From the IMG/VR virus record IMGVR_UViG_3300001765_000034, positions 20,150-84,149 of that record: a DNA stretch of 64,000 bases. One strand, written 5' to 3'. The DNA is from a virus. Taxonomy: Duplodnaviria > Caudoviricetes. Both the position numbers and the translations under genes were made by a program. Shown here one piece after another: positions 1-10,363 of the stretch; the stretch's first letter is position 1, and each line of letters begins with the position of its first letter. The notes under the pieces were generated by a model, which had not been told where the DNA came from, made no database searches, and worked only from the letters and a program-made list of their open reading frames with translations.

Positions 1-109
1 TTACCAAAGACAACCATTCTTTAAACACCATTTCAATTTTCAACACTTTATATAATAAGAAAATTGAATCAATAAAGAAAAGTTTAGAAAGTATTAAATC
101 GGAAAAATA

Positions 110-904
110 ATGAAAAATATTACAGTAATTCTCCCAATATATAAATTGGGAATCAACGAAGCATTAATGTTGGATAATGCGTTGAACTCAGTGGACGGGT
201 TTCATGAAGACGTGAAAGTGACCATTGTATGTCCAACAGAACTAATGGTTAAATTAGATGAGTTTCTTTTAGAAGTTAGCCATAGTACACTGGAGATTAA
301 AAAACTCACAAATGTAGGTGAAACTGATTTCGTGTCACAACTTACATTAGGAATAGAGAATTGTGATACAGAATGGTTCTCTATCTTAGAAATTGATGAC
401 GAATATAAAAAAGTTTGGTTATCATCAATGAAAGAATATTCCGAGGCATACACAAACGCTAACATTCTTTTACCCATTGTTAAAGATGTGAACGTTGAAG
501 GTAAATTCTTGGGTTTTATGAATGAATCTGTATGGGCTTATGGATTTTCAACAGACCAAGGTGTGGTTGACAAAGAATTATTAATGGAATTTCAGAATTT
601 TCAAACTAGTGGCGGATTATATCGAACACAAGTCATTAAAGATAATGGTGGGTTTAAAAATAACATAAAACTCACTTTTTCTTATGAATTTCTTTTACGA
701 ATGGCCAATCTCGATGTTGAAATCATTACTGTTCCAAAAGTTGGGTATCAACATGTTAATTTAAGAGAGGAATCATTATTTTGGTTATATAAAAATGATG
801 AGAAATGGGCATTATCTGAAAATGAGGTGAAGTTTTGGTTAGAAACCGCGAAAAAAGAGTTTTATTTTAAAAATAAAAGAGAAATTTTATATAAAGCAGT
901 TTAA
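110..904 (+). CDS. Glycosyltransferase family 2-like protein
   Basis: N-terminal ITVILPIYK strand and DxD-like EIDDEY motif typical of the GT-A fold. Confidence 0.6.
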   Translation: MKNITVILPIYKLGINEALMLDNALNSVDGFHEDVKVTIVCPTELMVKLDEFLLEVSHSTLEIKKLTNVGETDFVSQLTLGIENCDTEWFSILEIDDEYKKVWLSSMKEYSEAYTNANILLPIVKDVNVEGKFLGFMNESVWAYGFSTDQGVVDKELLMEFQNFQTSGGLYRTQVIKDNGGFKNNIKLTFSYEFLLRMANLDVEIITVPKVGYQHVNLREESLFWLYKNDEKWALSENEVKFWLETAKKEFYFKNKREILYKAV

Positions 905-1602
905 TGCCAAGAAAAAGAACCCAAAAAATGTATTTTGGGGAGGACCAAGAACAAGCGGTAATAAGGTATCAATTGACTGAATCCGAAGAAGAACGAAACA
1001 AGATATTCAAAGAATATTTAGAAGAGCCTCTCACAATAATGGTCGAAAGTATCATTAGAAGGTACAAATTACACAGAAAAGACATGACATTTCAAGAATC
1101 ACATGTGGATACCACGTCTTTTTTGGCGACAAAAATTCATAAATTTGACCCATCAACAAATAATCGAGCATATTCGTATTTTGGTACGATTTGTAAGAAC
1201 TATTTAATGGGGGCAATCCAAAAAGACAGTAAAGAATTTAATCGAACGGTATCATATGAGGATATTTCACCATCTTTAGAAGATAATTTTGAATTTTCAT
1301 ATGAAATGGATGCTTATGAAATAGATTTCCGGGAAATTATCACAAAACTAACCATAAAACTAGAAGATTTTATGGAAACCGAGAAACTAAACGAAAATGA
1401 AGTCAAGTTAGGCTACGCTCTTCTCGATATTTTCAACAATTTTGATAAAATCTTCCAAATTGGTGAGGGGAATAAGTTCAATAAGAACCTTATTCTATTA
1501 TCTGTTAGGGATATGACCGGATTAAGTACCAAAGAAATAAGGATTGCGATGAAAAAATACAAAAAACTATACGAAGGTATTCTTGATAAGTTTATAAACT
1601 AA
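904..1602 (+). CDS. Putative phage late sigma factor (T4 gp55-like)
   Basis: Sigma region-2-like segment KFDPSTNNRAYSYFGTICKNYL resembles the gp55 AYFTQI motif; size 232 aa; possible C-terminal HTH (GLSTKEIR). Confidence 0.5.
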   Translation: MPRKRTQKMYFGEDQEQAVIRYQLTESEEERNKIFKEYLEEPLTIMVESIIRRYKLHRKDMTFQESHVDTTSFLATKIHKFDPSTNNRAYSYFGTICKNYLMGAIQKDSKEFNRTVSYEDISPSLEDNFEFSYEMDAYEIDFREIITKLTIKLEDFMETEKLNENEVKLGYALLDIFNNFDKIFQIGEGNKFNKNLILLSVRDMTGLSTKEIRIAMKKYKKLYEGILDKFIN

Positions 1603-1611
1603 AAAAAATAC

Positions 1612-1619
1612 TATTTATA
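1612..1619 (+). promoter_or_regulatory. TATTTATA putative late-promoter motif (representative copy)
   Basis: The same TATTTAT(A/T) motif precedes about 24 genes on the coding strand across the window. Confidence 0.65.
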
Positions 1620-1635
1620 GTATAAATGAATAGAT

Positions 1636-2034
1636 ATGGGAAGATACACAAGAAAAATTATCACGCTAGATACCGATTCGGCTTTAGCTTTGATGCAGGA
1701 AATCTACAATGATATTGTGGAACAGAAGAATATCGCTTCTCAAATCACCAAAAAGATGCTTGTCTTTATGAAGGAACCCGAAGATATGTCAGTAATTGGG
1801 TCTGTTATTGATAAGCAACAAAAAATCTTACAAGATTGTACTGAAAAGAAAATTTCTTTAGTAAAATTACAAGGTGCTTTGTTAAAACAAGAAGGATCAT
1901 CTGGTGGTAATGGAAAACAGAATTTTGGGAAAATGGAATTAACCGCAGAAGATAGAAAACTTCTTGAAGATATGATTAACGAGAAAGACGGTAATGATGA
2001 TGATGTTAAACCAGGCGAAAAATACGAAAAATAA
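1636..2034 (+). CDS. Hypothetical protein
   Basis: 132-aa ORF behind a TATTTATA motif, coupled to the next ORF. Confidence 0.7.
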   Translation: MGRYTRKIITLDTDSALALMQEIYNDIVEQKNIASQITKKMLVFMKEPEDMSVIGSVIDKQQKILQDCTEKKISLVKLQGALLKQEGSSGGNGKQNFGKMELTAEDRKLLEDMINEKDGNDDDVKPGEKYEK

Positions 2035-3899
2035 TGGATCAGGGTCTTGAGTCAAAACGTGAATTTAAGTCAATAGTTACCAGTATTAAGAGGATTAATG
2101 ATAATTCTAAACCTGTTATTGGAAATTCCTATGACAGTTTTAAAGATGATTTAAACGTTAAGGGTAATGCAACGAAGAAAACTATTAATGATTTTACCTC
2201 CAAAGTAAAAGGTCGAACTCAAAACACAAAAGATATTTTTGGGGATGTTTTAGAAACAGTTGACGGATTTTTGGGGACAGAAAAAGAAGGACCAAACAAC
2301 ACGTCAATCCGATCAAAAACATTACGATACGCAAAACAAGCTTCAAAGAAATCTTTAGAATCCGCCCAAGAAGTTATTACAAGTGCAATAAAAAAAGGTT
2401 ATTTTGCTGGGCAAGGAACATGTAATCCTGATGATGATTCATTATTATCAATCTCAATTTCACCAAAGGAATTTGATTTTATTAATGTACTTAAAGTAAA
2501 TCCGACGTCAACCACAGGAAAGGTTATGTATGAAACACAGCCGGATCCTGGATTAGGAATTCAATTTAATAGAGAATTATACAACGCCTTCGACTCTACA
2601 CCATACCAATTCAAAGACAATACGGGTTCTGAATTATTTACAATGACTTGGAGTTCTTCAACACAAAAATATGATCTTACTATACCGTCCGGAATTCCAA
2701 TTTCAGATTTTATTGACCGATATTATAGTTCAATTGAACAACCGAATATCGAAAGCGTAATGAAAAATGCAATGTACCTTACTTTACAGGGTGATGGGAC
2801 GGAAACCACTCTTTTTGAAGGTGGTATTGATTATTTGAATAGGTTATTAACAAAATTGTTTTCTTTGTGCGGAAATGCGGGTAATGGCGCGTCTCCATTT
2901 ATGAATACGGCTCAACAACAATTAAATGAGGATGAGTTCGATGTTCAAGATTATTTTAATTTTGATGACGTTGAAGGAATTGATTTAGATGATGAAGATG
3001 CTAGACATAGACGTGTTTTAAAATTCACCGATTGTAATAATTTTGAAGTTCCTATTAACCCAAACCATATGGAGGATTTCGCATATTTGTTGGGTCGAAA
3101 AACTATTGATGAAAATGTTAATAATACATTGAAAAAGGCGGCAATTGACGCATATGAACAATCTGGAAATTCTATCTATTTTGAAGGAATTAAAACATCG
3201 TTATCATTAGATTATGTTAAAGCAATACCAAGGGCAATGATTTCTACTTTATTAAGCCCAAAAATGTTGTTTCCGGTTTCCCTATCATATCAAATGGTTT
3301 ATGGGGAAACTTTAGATGTAAAAGATATGATGAAATCTATGGGAATATCTTTTTTTGATATTATAAAAACAATGTTTTGGACTTTCATTAAAGAATTTTG
3401 GAAACTTGTTAAAAGGGATATTTTAGAATTTGTTAAAGACACAGCTATAAGAATATTCTTGAATAGTGTAAAAAGGATAAAAAATATTGTGTTGATATTA
3501 ATTAAATTATTATTGAAGATTTTAGAGTTAAATATTCAATCTTGTGAGGAGTTGTTTAACGCTTTATTAGGTATAATTAAATCAGCGCTTAATCGTTCCG
3601 TAAATATTCCAATTCCCGGGTTGTTACTTGTTCTGTCTGAAGGACTACCAGGTTTTAGTGCTGACAGGGCATACATGGGAGCAATACAAAGAATGGAAGA
3701 TTCCGGAATAAATACGGGAGACATTTACGGATCTCCCAACACATTACCAATACATGTGAAATCAATAATTGATGCATATTCGAGTGAAATGGATACAAAT
3801 TCATATGTGAAAATTGCATTGAAACCATCAATTATTCCCGCAGGACCAGGTGGGGCGGTAATTTCACCATTAATAACCGGGGCAGGTAAACTGATGTAA
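2034..3899 (+). CDS. Hypothetical protein, probably virion/baseplate associated
   Basis: 621-aa ORF in a late operon upstream of a gp5-like gene; function not recognised. Confidence 0.6.
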   Translation: MDQGLESKREFKSIVTSIKRINDNSKPVIGNSYDSFKDDLNVKGNATKKTINDFTSKVKGRTQNTKDIFGDVLETVDGFLGTEKEGPNNTSIRSKTLRYAKQASKKSLESAQEVITSAIKKGYFAGQGTCNPDDDSLLSISISPKEFDFINVLKVNPTSTTGKVMYETQPDPGLGIQFNRELYNAFDSTPYQFKDNTGSELFTMTWSSSTQKYDLTIPSGIPISDFIDRYYSSIEQPNIESVMKNAMYLTLQGDGTETTLFEGGIDYLNRLLTKLFSLCGNAGNGASPFMNTAQQQLNEDEFDVQDYFNFDDVEGIDLDDEDARHRRVLKFTDCNNFEVPINPNHMEDFAYLLGRKTIDENVNNTLKKAAIDAYEQSGNSIYFEGIKTSLSLDYVKAIPRAMISTLLSPKMLFPVSLSYQMVYGETLDVKDMMKSMGISFFDIIKTMFWTFIKEFWKLVKRDILEFVKDTAIRIFLNSVKRIKNIVLILIKLLLKILELNIQSCEELFNALLGIIKSALNRSVNIPIPGLLLVLSEGLPGFSADRAYMGAIQRMEDSGINTGDIYGSPNTLPIHVKSIIDAYSSEMDTNSYVKIALKPSIIPAGPGGAVISPLITGAGKLM

Positions 3900-3900
3900 T

Positions 3901-4098
3901 ATGGACGTAAAACAAATTGAAGATATTGTAAAAAATGTAAAAGATAAACCAAACAAAATGTTGGTTGAAAGTCGAAGCATATTAAAATCCGAGTTTGAAA
4001 AAACAAAAGATTTAATTCTTGAATTAACAAAACACCTAGATGCTGTACAAGAATCATATGAAATAATAAACGAAGAAATCGGAAATAGGGTACTATAA
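3901..4098 (+). CDS. Small coiled-coil hypothetical protein
   Basis: 65-aa ORF tightly packed between neighbours. Confidence 0.65.
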   Translation: MDVKQIEDIVKNVKDKPNKMLVESRSILKSEFEKTKDLILELTKHLDAVQESYEIINEEIGNRVL

Positions 4099-5594
4099 TG
4101 CAAATAATTGATATTGGTATATGTGTTAATAACATTGATCCTAAAGGTCTTGGAAGAATACGATATCGCCCATATAGTTTATATGAAAGTGAAATTAAAC
4201 TTGCTTTCACTTATGAAGAGTGGGACGAGAACGATCCATTTATAGCAATTCCATTTTTACCACTTCATATTAATATAGTTCCACACGAAAAACAGTCAGT
4301 TAAACTTCTACGATATGACACAGAAAAACAGCAACAAAATGTGGAATATGTGGCTGGTCCATTTTCATCGCCTCATAATTTAGAATCCCAAACATTTTCG
4401 TCCCAACATAAAAACACAACTTATGGTGGGGAAATTGTAAAGGCCACAAAAGATATCAGAGATAAAAATGGTAACTTTAATAAACCAGCAACACCCGGTG
4501 CATTTATTAAAGATACGGATACGGGCTTCCGTGGAAAATATGGTTCTGATATAATTTTTACTGAGAACGGATTACAACTTAGAGGCGGAATGTTAAAAGC
4601 TAAAGAAGGAAGAAACAAACAAAGTATTATTGATTTCCCTCAATTAGCAAAAAAAATGGTTCGATTTACAATGAAGAAATTTTCCAAGACTCTTCAATCT
4701 GCTCAGGAAATTACTACCACAACAAAAATTGATGCCGCAAGATTAAAGTTTATTGTTGAATACGAACTTGACAATCTAACAACCCCAACTGAATTGAAAT
4801 TGTTTGTTTATAAAGTTCTACCAAATTCAGGTGAACAATTTATGACAAATGTTTTTTCTAATGAATCAATATTTAACACAAACGATGGAAATATAGTTAA
4901 GTTAATAAACACCGGAAACACAGCCACCGATGCAACATATACAGTTTCATTAGATGGAACAATAAATAGTGGATACATTGAACTTCGTGAAGCTCTTTAT
5001 TTAATTGATTCCGAAGGTCTAACTTCATTATATCATACATTTCCGAATGAAATTGTTTATCCGTTTTATTATAGGCCAACGGCGAGATTAAAACTTGATA
5101 ATAGTAATAACACGAATAAAACAATTTTCCTAAGCAGAGTTCAAGTTCGAAATCTCCAAACTGATGGTGGGTTAATTTTCTCAAGATTATCCGCCAATCC
5201 ACCTATTGTTAAAAAAGAAAAGGTTCAAAACGTTGCTCGAGAGGTTAAAAATGGAGGGGAACAATCATTATCGAATTATAGTGCGGATAAAATTTATATA
5301 ACAAGTACATCTCCAAATTCGGGTGCAAATGTGAAGAAGATTGATTTTGATGCATTGGATCCATATGAATTAACCCAAGATGATTATATAAACAAAATTG
5401 ACCCAAATACATATGGAATGGTTCGTGGAGAAAACCTATATAATTTGTTAGTGGCAATGAAAAATTTATTTGATAGTCATATTCATAATATCAATGAACC
5501 ATTAGTAAAAACAGACCCAAATTGGGTTAAGTTAAATGAATTGATAGAATCTATGAGGAATGATCTTTTAAATGATTCGCTTAGAATCAACTAA
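4098..5594 (+). CDS. Baseplate hub/spike protein, gp5/VgrG-like N-terminal OB fold
   Basis: N-terminal GICVNNIDPKGLGRIRYR motif and C-terminal FDSHIH motif resemble gp5-type spikes. Confidence 0.55.
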   Translation: MQIIDIGICVNNIDPKGLGRIRYRPYSLYESEIKLAFTYEEWDENDPFIAIPFLPLHINIVPHEKQSVKLLRYDTEKQQQNVEYVAGPFSSPHNLESQTFSSQHKNTTYGGEIVKATKDIRDKNGNFNKPATPGAFIKDTDTGFRGKYGSDIIFTENGLQLRGGMLKAKEGRNKQSIIDFPQLAKKMVRFTMKKFSKTLQSAQEITTTTKIDAARLKFIVEYELDNLTTPTELKLFVYKVLPNSGEQFMTNVFSNESIFNTNDGNIVKLINTGNTATDATYTVSLDGTINSGYIELREALYLIDSEGLTSLYHTFPNEIVYPFYYRPTARLKLDNSNNTNKTIFLSRVQVRNLQTDGGLIFSRLSANPPIVKKEKVQNVAREVKNGGEQSLSNYSADKIYITSTSPNSGANVKKIDFDALDPYELTQDDYINKIDPNTYGMVRGENLYNLLVAMKNLFDSHIHNINEPLVKTDPNWVKLNELIESMRNDLLNDSLRIN

Positions 5595-5616
5595 ATGATA
5601 TTTATTAATAAAAACT

Positions 5617-6999
5617 ATGTCATACCACCGATCATACTTCGAAAAAAATAACACCATTATAAGATATGGAAGTACAGGTTCAGAGGTTAATACGGCCAAA
5701 AATCCTAATACTGAAATATTTTACGGATCTGGGTTTTCAAAATTTATCTTTAAATTAGATTTAACTGAACTAAAAAATAAAATCTCTTCTGGCGAAAAGG
5801 TTCTTAATGAGAATACTCGTCATAATTTACGTTTAACAAACACAATATTTGGTGATGAAGATTTATTGGGTGCATTAAGAGGTACGGGAAGGCAACGTGC
5901 CGTGGCGTTCGATTTAGTATTATTCAGAATTCCCGAAAATTGGGATGAGGGTGTTGGGTATGATTATGAAGAAGCATATGATTACACCGAGGGTAATTTG
6001 ACTTTTGATATTAGACCATCAAACTGGAATATGAGAACTTCATTGAGTGGTTGGACGGAATCGGGTATCTATGCTACGTCTGGCGATACTATTACGAGAT
6101 TACATTTTGATAATGGGAACGAAAATATTGATGTTGACATAACAGATTATGTAAATGGTATAATCGTATCGGGACATACTGACCATGGATTGGGTCTTTC
6201 GTTCGATTATCCATACCAAGAGGTTGTGAGTGAAATCGATCAATCAGTTAGTTTCTTTACAAAATATACACAAACATTTTGGGAACCTCATTTAGAAACA
6301 GTTTTTGCTGATACTATTGATGATAATCGAGATAATTTCACCATTGATATAGAAAGAAATCTTTATTTGTATGTGGATTATATGGGTAATAGATATGATT
6401 TAGATAACAATCCAACGGTAGATGTTTTAGATTATAATCAACGACCGATTCCAAGTTTAACAGGACTCACAGCAACCAAAATTAGAAAAGGAGTTTATAA
6501 AGTCACTTTTGGTTTATCTGGGCAACTTTGTGATGGAAAACGATTCTATTACGATAAATGGTGTGATCTTAATATTCAGACAGTTCCTATTGATTGTGTA
6601 ACCCAAAAATTTGTTCCAAAACCTTTCGATGCTTTCTTTAGTATTGGAGGAAATGAGACGGACGCGAGTGATTATGTTATACAATTTGAGGGAGTAAAAT
6701 TAAACGAGAAAGTAAAAAGAGGATCAACCAGAAAAATAGTTGCGACTTTCCGTTCAATTTATCATCAAAAAGGCGTATTATTAGATGAAGTTTATTATAG
6801 AATTTACGTCAAAGAAGGTAGAACTCAGGTAAATGTCTTCGAATGGACTGAAATGGATAGAACCAACGAAAATTCATTCCTTTTAGACACATCATATATG
6901 ATTCCGAGAGAATACCATATTGAAATAAGAGCAAGAATTAATTCTGAAGACGTATTTTATAGAGACGAGATAAAATTCGAAATTATTTCAGAAAAATAG
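5617..6999 (+). CDS. Hypothetical virion structural protein
   Basis: 460-aa beta-rich ORF with late motif at 5599-5606; adjacent to the gp5-like gene. Confidence 0.55.
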   Translation: MSYHRSYFEKNNTIIRYGSTGSEVNTAKNPNTEIFYGSGFSKFIFKLDLTELKNKISSGEKVLNENTRHNLRLTNTIFGDEDLLGALRGTGRQRAVAFDLVLFRIPENWDEGVGYDYEEAYDYTEGNLTFDIRPSNWNMRTSLSGWTESGIYATSGDTITRLHFDNGNENIDVDITDYVNGIIVSGHTDHGLGLSFDYPYQEVVSEIDQSVSFFTKYTQTFWEPHLETVFADTIDDNRDNFTIDIERNLYLYVDYMGNRYDLDNNPTVDVLDYNQRPIPSLTGLTATKIRKGVYKVTFGLSGQLCDGKRFYYDKWCDLNIQTVPIDCVTQKFVPKPFDAFFSIGGNETDASDYVIQFEGVKLNEKVKRGSTRKIVATFRSIYHQKGVLLDEVYYRIYVKEGRTQVNVFEWTEMDRTNENSFLLDTSYMIPREYHIEIRARINSEDVFYRDEIKFEIISEK

Positions 7000-7304
7000 T
7001 GAGATATGTTTATTTAATTCGGGGTAATGATGGGAAATATAAAATTGGTATAGCTAAAAACCCAACACAAAGAATTAAGCAGTTGCAAACCGGGAATTCC
7101 GATACTCTTCAGTTGATAGAAACCTATCAAACCGAAAACGCATCCAAAATAGAGTCCGCCCTTCATCACCAATATAACTATGTAAGAAACCATGGAGAAT
7201 GGTTCGATTTATCAATATCGGATGAAGTTTCATTTAAACAAAAATGTGAACAAATTGATAAATCTATTACAATATTAAAAAGAATGGGAAATACATTTGT
7301 TTAA
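6999..7304 (+). CDS. GIY-YIG superfamily nuclease (T5orf172/MUG113-like), GTG start
   Basis: YVYLI...YKIGIAKNPTQRIKQLQTGN...IESALH...GEWF pattern. Confidence 0.75.
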   Translation: MRYVYLIRGNDGKYKIGIAKNPTQRIKQLQTGNSDTLQLIETYQTENASKIESALHHQYNYVRNHGEWFDLSISDEVSFKQKCEQIDKSITILKRMGNTFV

Positions 7305-7319
7305 TAATATTTATTTTAT

Positions 7320-7327
7320 TATATTTG
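7320..7327 (+). promoter_or_regulatory. Bacteroidota-type -7 promoter box TATATTTG
   Basis: Matches TAnnTTTG upstream of the small ORF at 7376. Confidence 0.5.
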
Positions 7328-7375
7328 TGACATGAAAAAAACACTTGACAATCTCTAGGTTAAACCTAGAGATAA

Positions 7376-7558
7376 ATGAAAGCAAAAATTCACGAAACAA
7401 CTTCGAACAGTCGGGTATACAAATATGCTCGATTAGATTCGCTTGGGTTATTAAAATGCCCACTATGCAGTCCTCATAAAGGATGCAACAGATTTACATC
7501 TCGTAAATCTTTAAGGTCTTGGAAAGACACAACAAAGAGGGGGTCACAATGGAAATAG
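7376..7558 (+). CDS. Small basic Cys-containing protein
   Basis: 60 aa with CPLC..HKGC and C-terminal RSWKDTTKRGSQWK. Confidence 0.6.
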   Translation: MKAKIHETTSNSRVYKYARLDSLGLLKCPLCSPHKGCNRFTSRKSLRSWKDTTKRGSQWK

Positions 7559-7764
7559 ACTTCCCACCAATGAACAATCGTATTTACAAGGTAAAATACG
7601 TTTGGGATAACGATCCATATTGGGATGAAGGACTACATCTTTGGCCAAGATGCCGTCCACGTTATGATAGCAATTGGAAACGCAGGAAACAATTATTTTC
7701 CTATCAGATTAGAATGTATCGGACTTGGAAATATAACAGGAATTCTCAATGGAAGTCTGAGTAG
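7549..7764 (+). CDS. Small basic Trp-rich protein, similar to upstream ORF
   Basis: ATG at 7549 overlaps the end of the previous ORF; ends RTWKYNRNSQWKSE. Confidence 0.55.
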   Translation: MEIDFPPMNNRIYKVKYVWDNDPYWDEGLHLWPRCRPRYDSNWKRRKQLFSYQIRMYRTWKYNRNSQWKSE

Positions 7765-7768
7765 TGTT

Positions 7769-8212
7769 TTATTCGTAAAAAACGACTTTAACACCACATT
7801 CAAGTAACATCTTGTGAGATATCTCTTGTGATTCTACCCATTTTTCTTTATTCTTAGTTGTACATTCTCTTTTACAATATACAACCTTTACTCCTGAATT
7901 GATTATTGCACGACCACAATCTGCACATGGTAATCCGGATGTGAGATAAATTGATGATCCGTCGATAGGTATTCCTACCCGAGCCGCATTATATATTGCG
8001 TTGCGTTCTGCGTGCTCGAAATAGAAGTACTTTATAGGTCTTTCTTGACGCTCGGGAAGATTATCATCTAAACCCCTAGGGAAAGAGTTATAACCCGTAG
8101 AAAGTATCTCCTTGTCCTTCCCAACGATAACTGCGCCTATCTGTGTTGATTGGTCTTTTGATTTGAGTTTAACTTGTTCTGCAATTCCTAAAAAATAATT
8201 ATTCCATTCCAT
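7769..8212 (-). CDS. dCMP deaminase
   Basis: HAERNAI and PCADC zinc-binding motifs, STGYNSFP. Confidence 0.9.
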   Translation of the reverse strand: MEWNNYFLGIAEQVKLKSKDQSTQIGAVIVGKDKEILSTGYNSFPRGLDDNLPERQERPIKYFYFEHAERNAIYNAARVGIPIDGSSIYLTSGLPCADCGRAIINSGVKVVYCKRECTTKNKEKWVESQEISHKMLLECGVKVVFYE

Positions 8213-8516
8213 TTTCTATAATATTAATTTTTGATATATAATAATGTCTTCCGAACGAGAAATGCGATCTTGTAGCATCCCCACTCTCTATTAATTTTCC
8301 CATTTGAACCATTAGGTCGTGATGGACGGAATCTATTCCAATTAAAAAATTATCACCCTCTTTTTCGACGGTTGTTTTCCGTACATATTTTCCTTCATCG
8401 TCTAGTTCAAGTTGACGAATCATATCAGTTTTGGTATCATTACATTCAATCATTCTTGAACAAATCAACCCCTCTAATACATCCAACCTCAGTTTTTTAT
8501 AGTCTATTTTTTCCAT
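8199..8516 (-). CDS. Hypothetical protein
   Basis: 105-aa ORF coupled to dCMP deaminase. Confidence 0.65.
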   Translation of the reverse strand: MEKIDYKKLRLDVLEGLICSRMIECNDTKTDMIRQLELDDEGKYVRKTTVEKEGDNFLIGIDSVHHDLMVQMGKLIESGDATRSHFSFGRHYYISKINIIENGME

Positions 8517-8545
8517 CTCATAAAATATACGAAAATTTAGGCAAT

Positions 8546-8575
8546 AAAAAAAGGGACACCGAAATGTCCCTTTTT
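8546..8575 (-). terminator. Intrinsic terminator after major capsid gene
   Basis: Minus strand GGGACAT-TTCG-GTGTCCC followed by T7. Confidence 0.85.
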
Positions 8576-8595
8576 AGAATATTTGAAATCCAAGA

Positions 8596-10335
8596 TTATC
8601 TCAAGGTGTTCATGTCGAAAGTTACAAGACCTTTTACGTCGATAACACCAAAGTAACGGTTGTTAACCATTTTCTTAGCGTATCTGGTCATGATACCTTT
8701 GATCGGAGTCATGTTAAAAGGATTGTACATAGTTGGGGTCAACTGAAGTGGTACGTAAGGTGCGTATACATAACCTGCGTCAAGTAACGATTTACCTTTG
8801 TGTCCAATAAGTACTTTTCCACTTGGGAAGTATGGGTCACGATATACCTGGTAACGACCAGCTAAAGTACCGATTTTTTCAATACCCATATTATACTGAT
8901 CCTGTTCAGGAGAAGCGTTTGATACGTGGAAGTATTCAAGGTCATCAAATACTGCACTTACTTCAGATGAAATCACGATCCAGTTAGCACCACCTCTAAG
9001 AGTAGTTTTGTGGATTTGTGCTGACAACTGGTTAATTTTGGTAACCAATGTTTGGTTCCAGTCTTTCTGAGTGTAACCCATAAATGCTGAACCAGCGTTT
9101 CCATATTTCCATTCGTTATAGTCCCAACGAGCTTTCCAAGCTGCACCTTTTCTAAGGTCACGAAGAATTTCCCTGTCAACCTCAGCAGCGATTTGTTCTG
9201 AAAGAAGAGCTGTTAACTCAGCTTCAGCATCGATGTTGTGGAAAGCAGAAACGTCCTGTGCCAATTCAGGTGACCAACTAGCTCTTAGTTTTCTTTCAGT
9301 AACCGATACTGTAACACTTGACAAGTCAAATGAAACTTCACCGATTTCTTCTTCGAATTCTAAGGTGTCGTAGATTCTGTATTGTAATGCGAAATTTGTT
9401 AATGCAGGAGCTGCTGAGAAAGTTGTACCACTAAATCCACCTGTTGATGAATAGTTAGTTAAATCAACCTGAATGTAGATTGAACCAGTTTGGTCACAGA
9501 TGTCATGATAACTACCACTTGTCTGTGGAGGGAAAGCTACAGTTGCTTTTGATCCGTACTCAACAATACCTTTTCCATATTTCTGAGTTACAACGTTGAA
9601 GTTTCTTGAAGCTCCAGTTGCAGGGTAGAAAACTTGTGCTGATGCTAAGAAGTCTTCAGTATCCATAATCTGACCGTTAGGTCCGATAAGTTTACCTTCT
9701 CCACTTGTTGCAAATCCGGTGAATTTAAGGATTAAACTGTTTACAGTTTGACCATTAAGGTTTGCTAATGTAACTGAAGTAATGGATCCGTTACTGAAAG
9801 TTACGATGTCAGCTGCAGTTTGTCCAGATGTTAAGAATTTACCTTTTGAATAGTCAAAAAGACCTTCACTAGGATCGTTACCATCACCATTTTCGTAAAA
9901 ACGGTCGTAAAGATTTAAACCACTATCAGGATAACCTGCTGTTGCGGCGTCAGTTGTGTTAGGATATCCATATGGTGCATAGTGTGATCCGACGTTTCTT
10001 TCCTGAATTTTAGGAATGAAGAAGAACAATTTACCAATTGGAAGGTTCATTGCCTGTACAGAAACGATGTCGTTTGCTAACAGTTTAGAGAAAACCCTAC
10101 GGATGATAGGGAATACAACAGTTTCGAATGACCCTGATGAGTCAGAAACAGCTGCTTCGTTAATTAAGAAACTCGCTTGGTTTTCATATAACTGTGCGAT
10201 GTTATCTTTTTGGTGACCGTCTAATCCTTCAAGGAATCCAAGGTCATCCCATTTTCTGATGGTATCTTCTTTAATAACGCGAAGGTGCTTAAGACCTATG
10301 TTACCTACCATACCTGATTCTAATAATGCTCCCAT
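8596..10335 (-). CDS. gp23: Major capsid protein (T4 gp23-like)
   Basis: VQAMNLPIGKLF, RKLRASWSPELAQD, AEVDREIL, YAPYVPL, GIMTRYA motifs of gp23-family capsids. Confidence 0.95.
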   Translation of the reverse strand: MGALLESGMVGNIGLKHLRVIKEDTIRKWDDLGFLEGLDGHQKDNIAQLYENQASFLINEAAVSDSSGSFETVVFPIIRRVFSKLLANDIVSVQAMNLPIGKLFFFIPKIQERNVGSHYAPYGYPNTTDAATAGYPDSGLNLYDRFYENGDGNDPSEGLFDYSKGKFLTSGQTAADIVTFSNGSITSVTLANLNGQTVNSLILKFTGFATSGEGKLIGPNGQIMDTEDFLASAQVFYPATGASRNFNVVTQKYGKGIVEYGSKATVAFPPQTSGSYHDICDQTGSIYIQVDLTNYSSTGGFSGTTFSAAPALTNFALQYRIYDTLEFEEEIGEVSFDLSSVTVSVTERKLRASWSPELAQDVSAFHNIDAEAELTALLSEQIAAEVDREILRDLRKGAAWKARWDYNEWKYGNAGSAFMGYTQKDWNQTLVTKINQLSAQIHKTTLRGGANWIVISSEVSAVFDDLEYFHVSNASPEQDQYNMGIEKIGTLAGRYQVYRDPYFPSGKVLIGHKGKSLLDAGYVYAPYVPLQLTPTMYNPFNMTPIKGIMTRYAKKMVNNRYFGVIDVKGLVTFDMNTLR

Positions 10336-10363
10336 TTTTTTAATATTTTTTTGAGTTTGTTAT

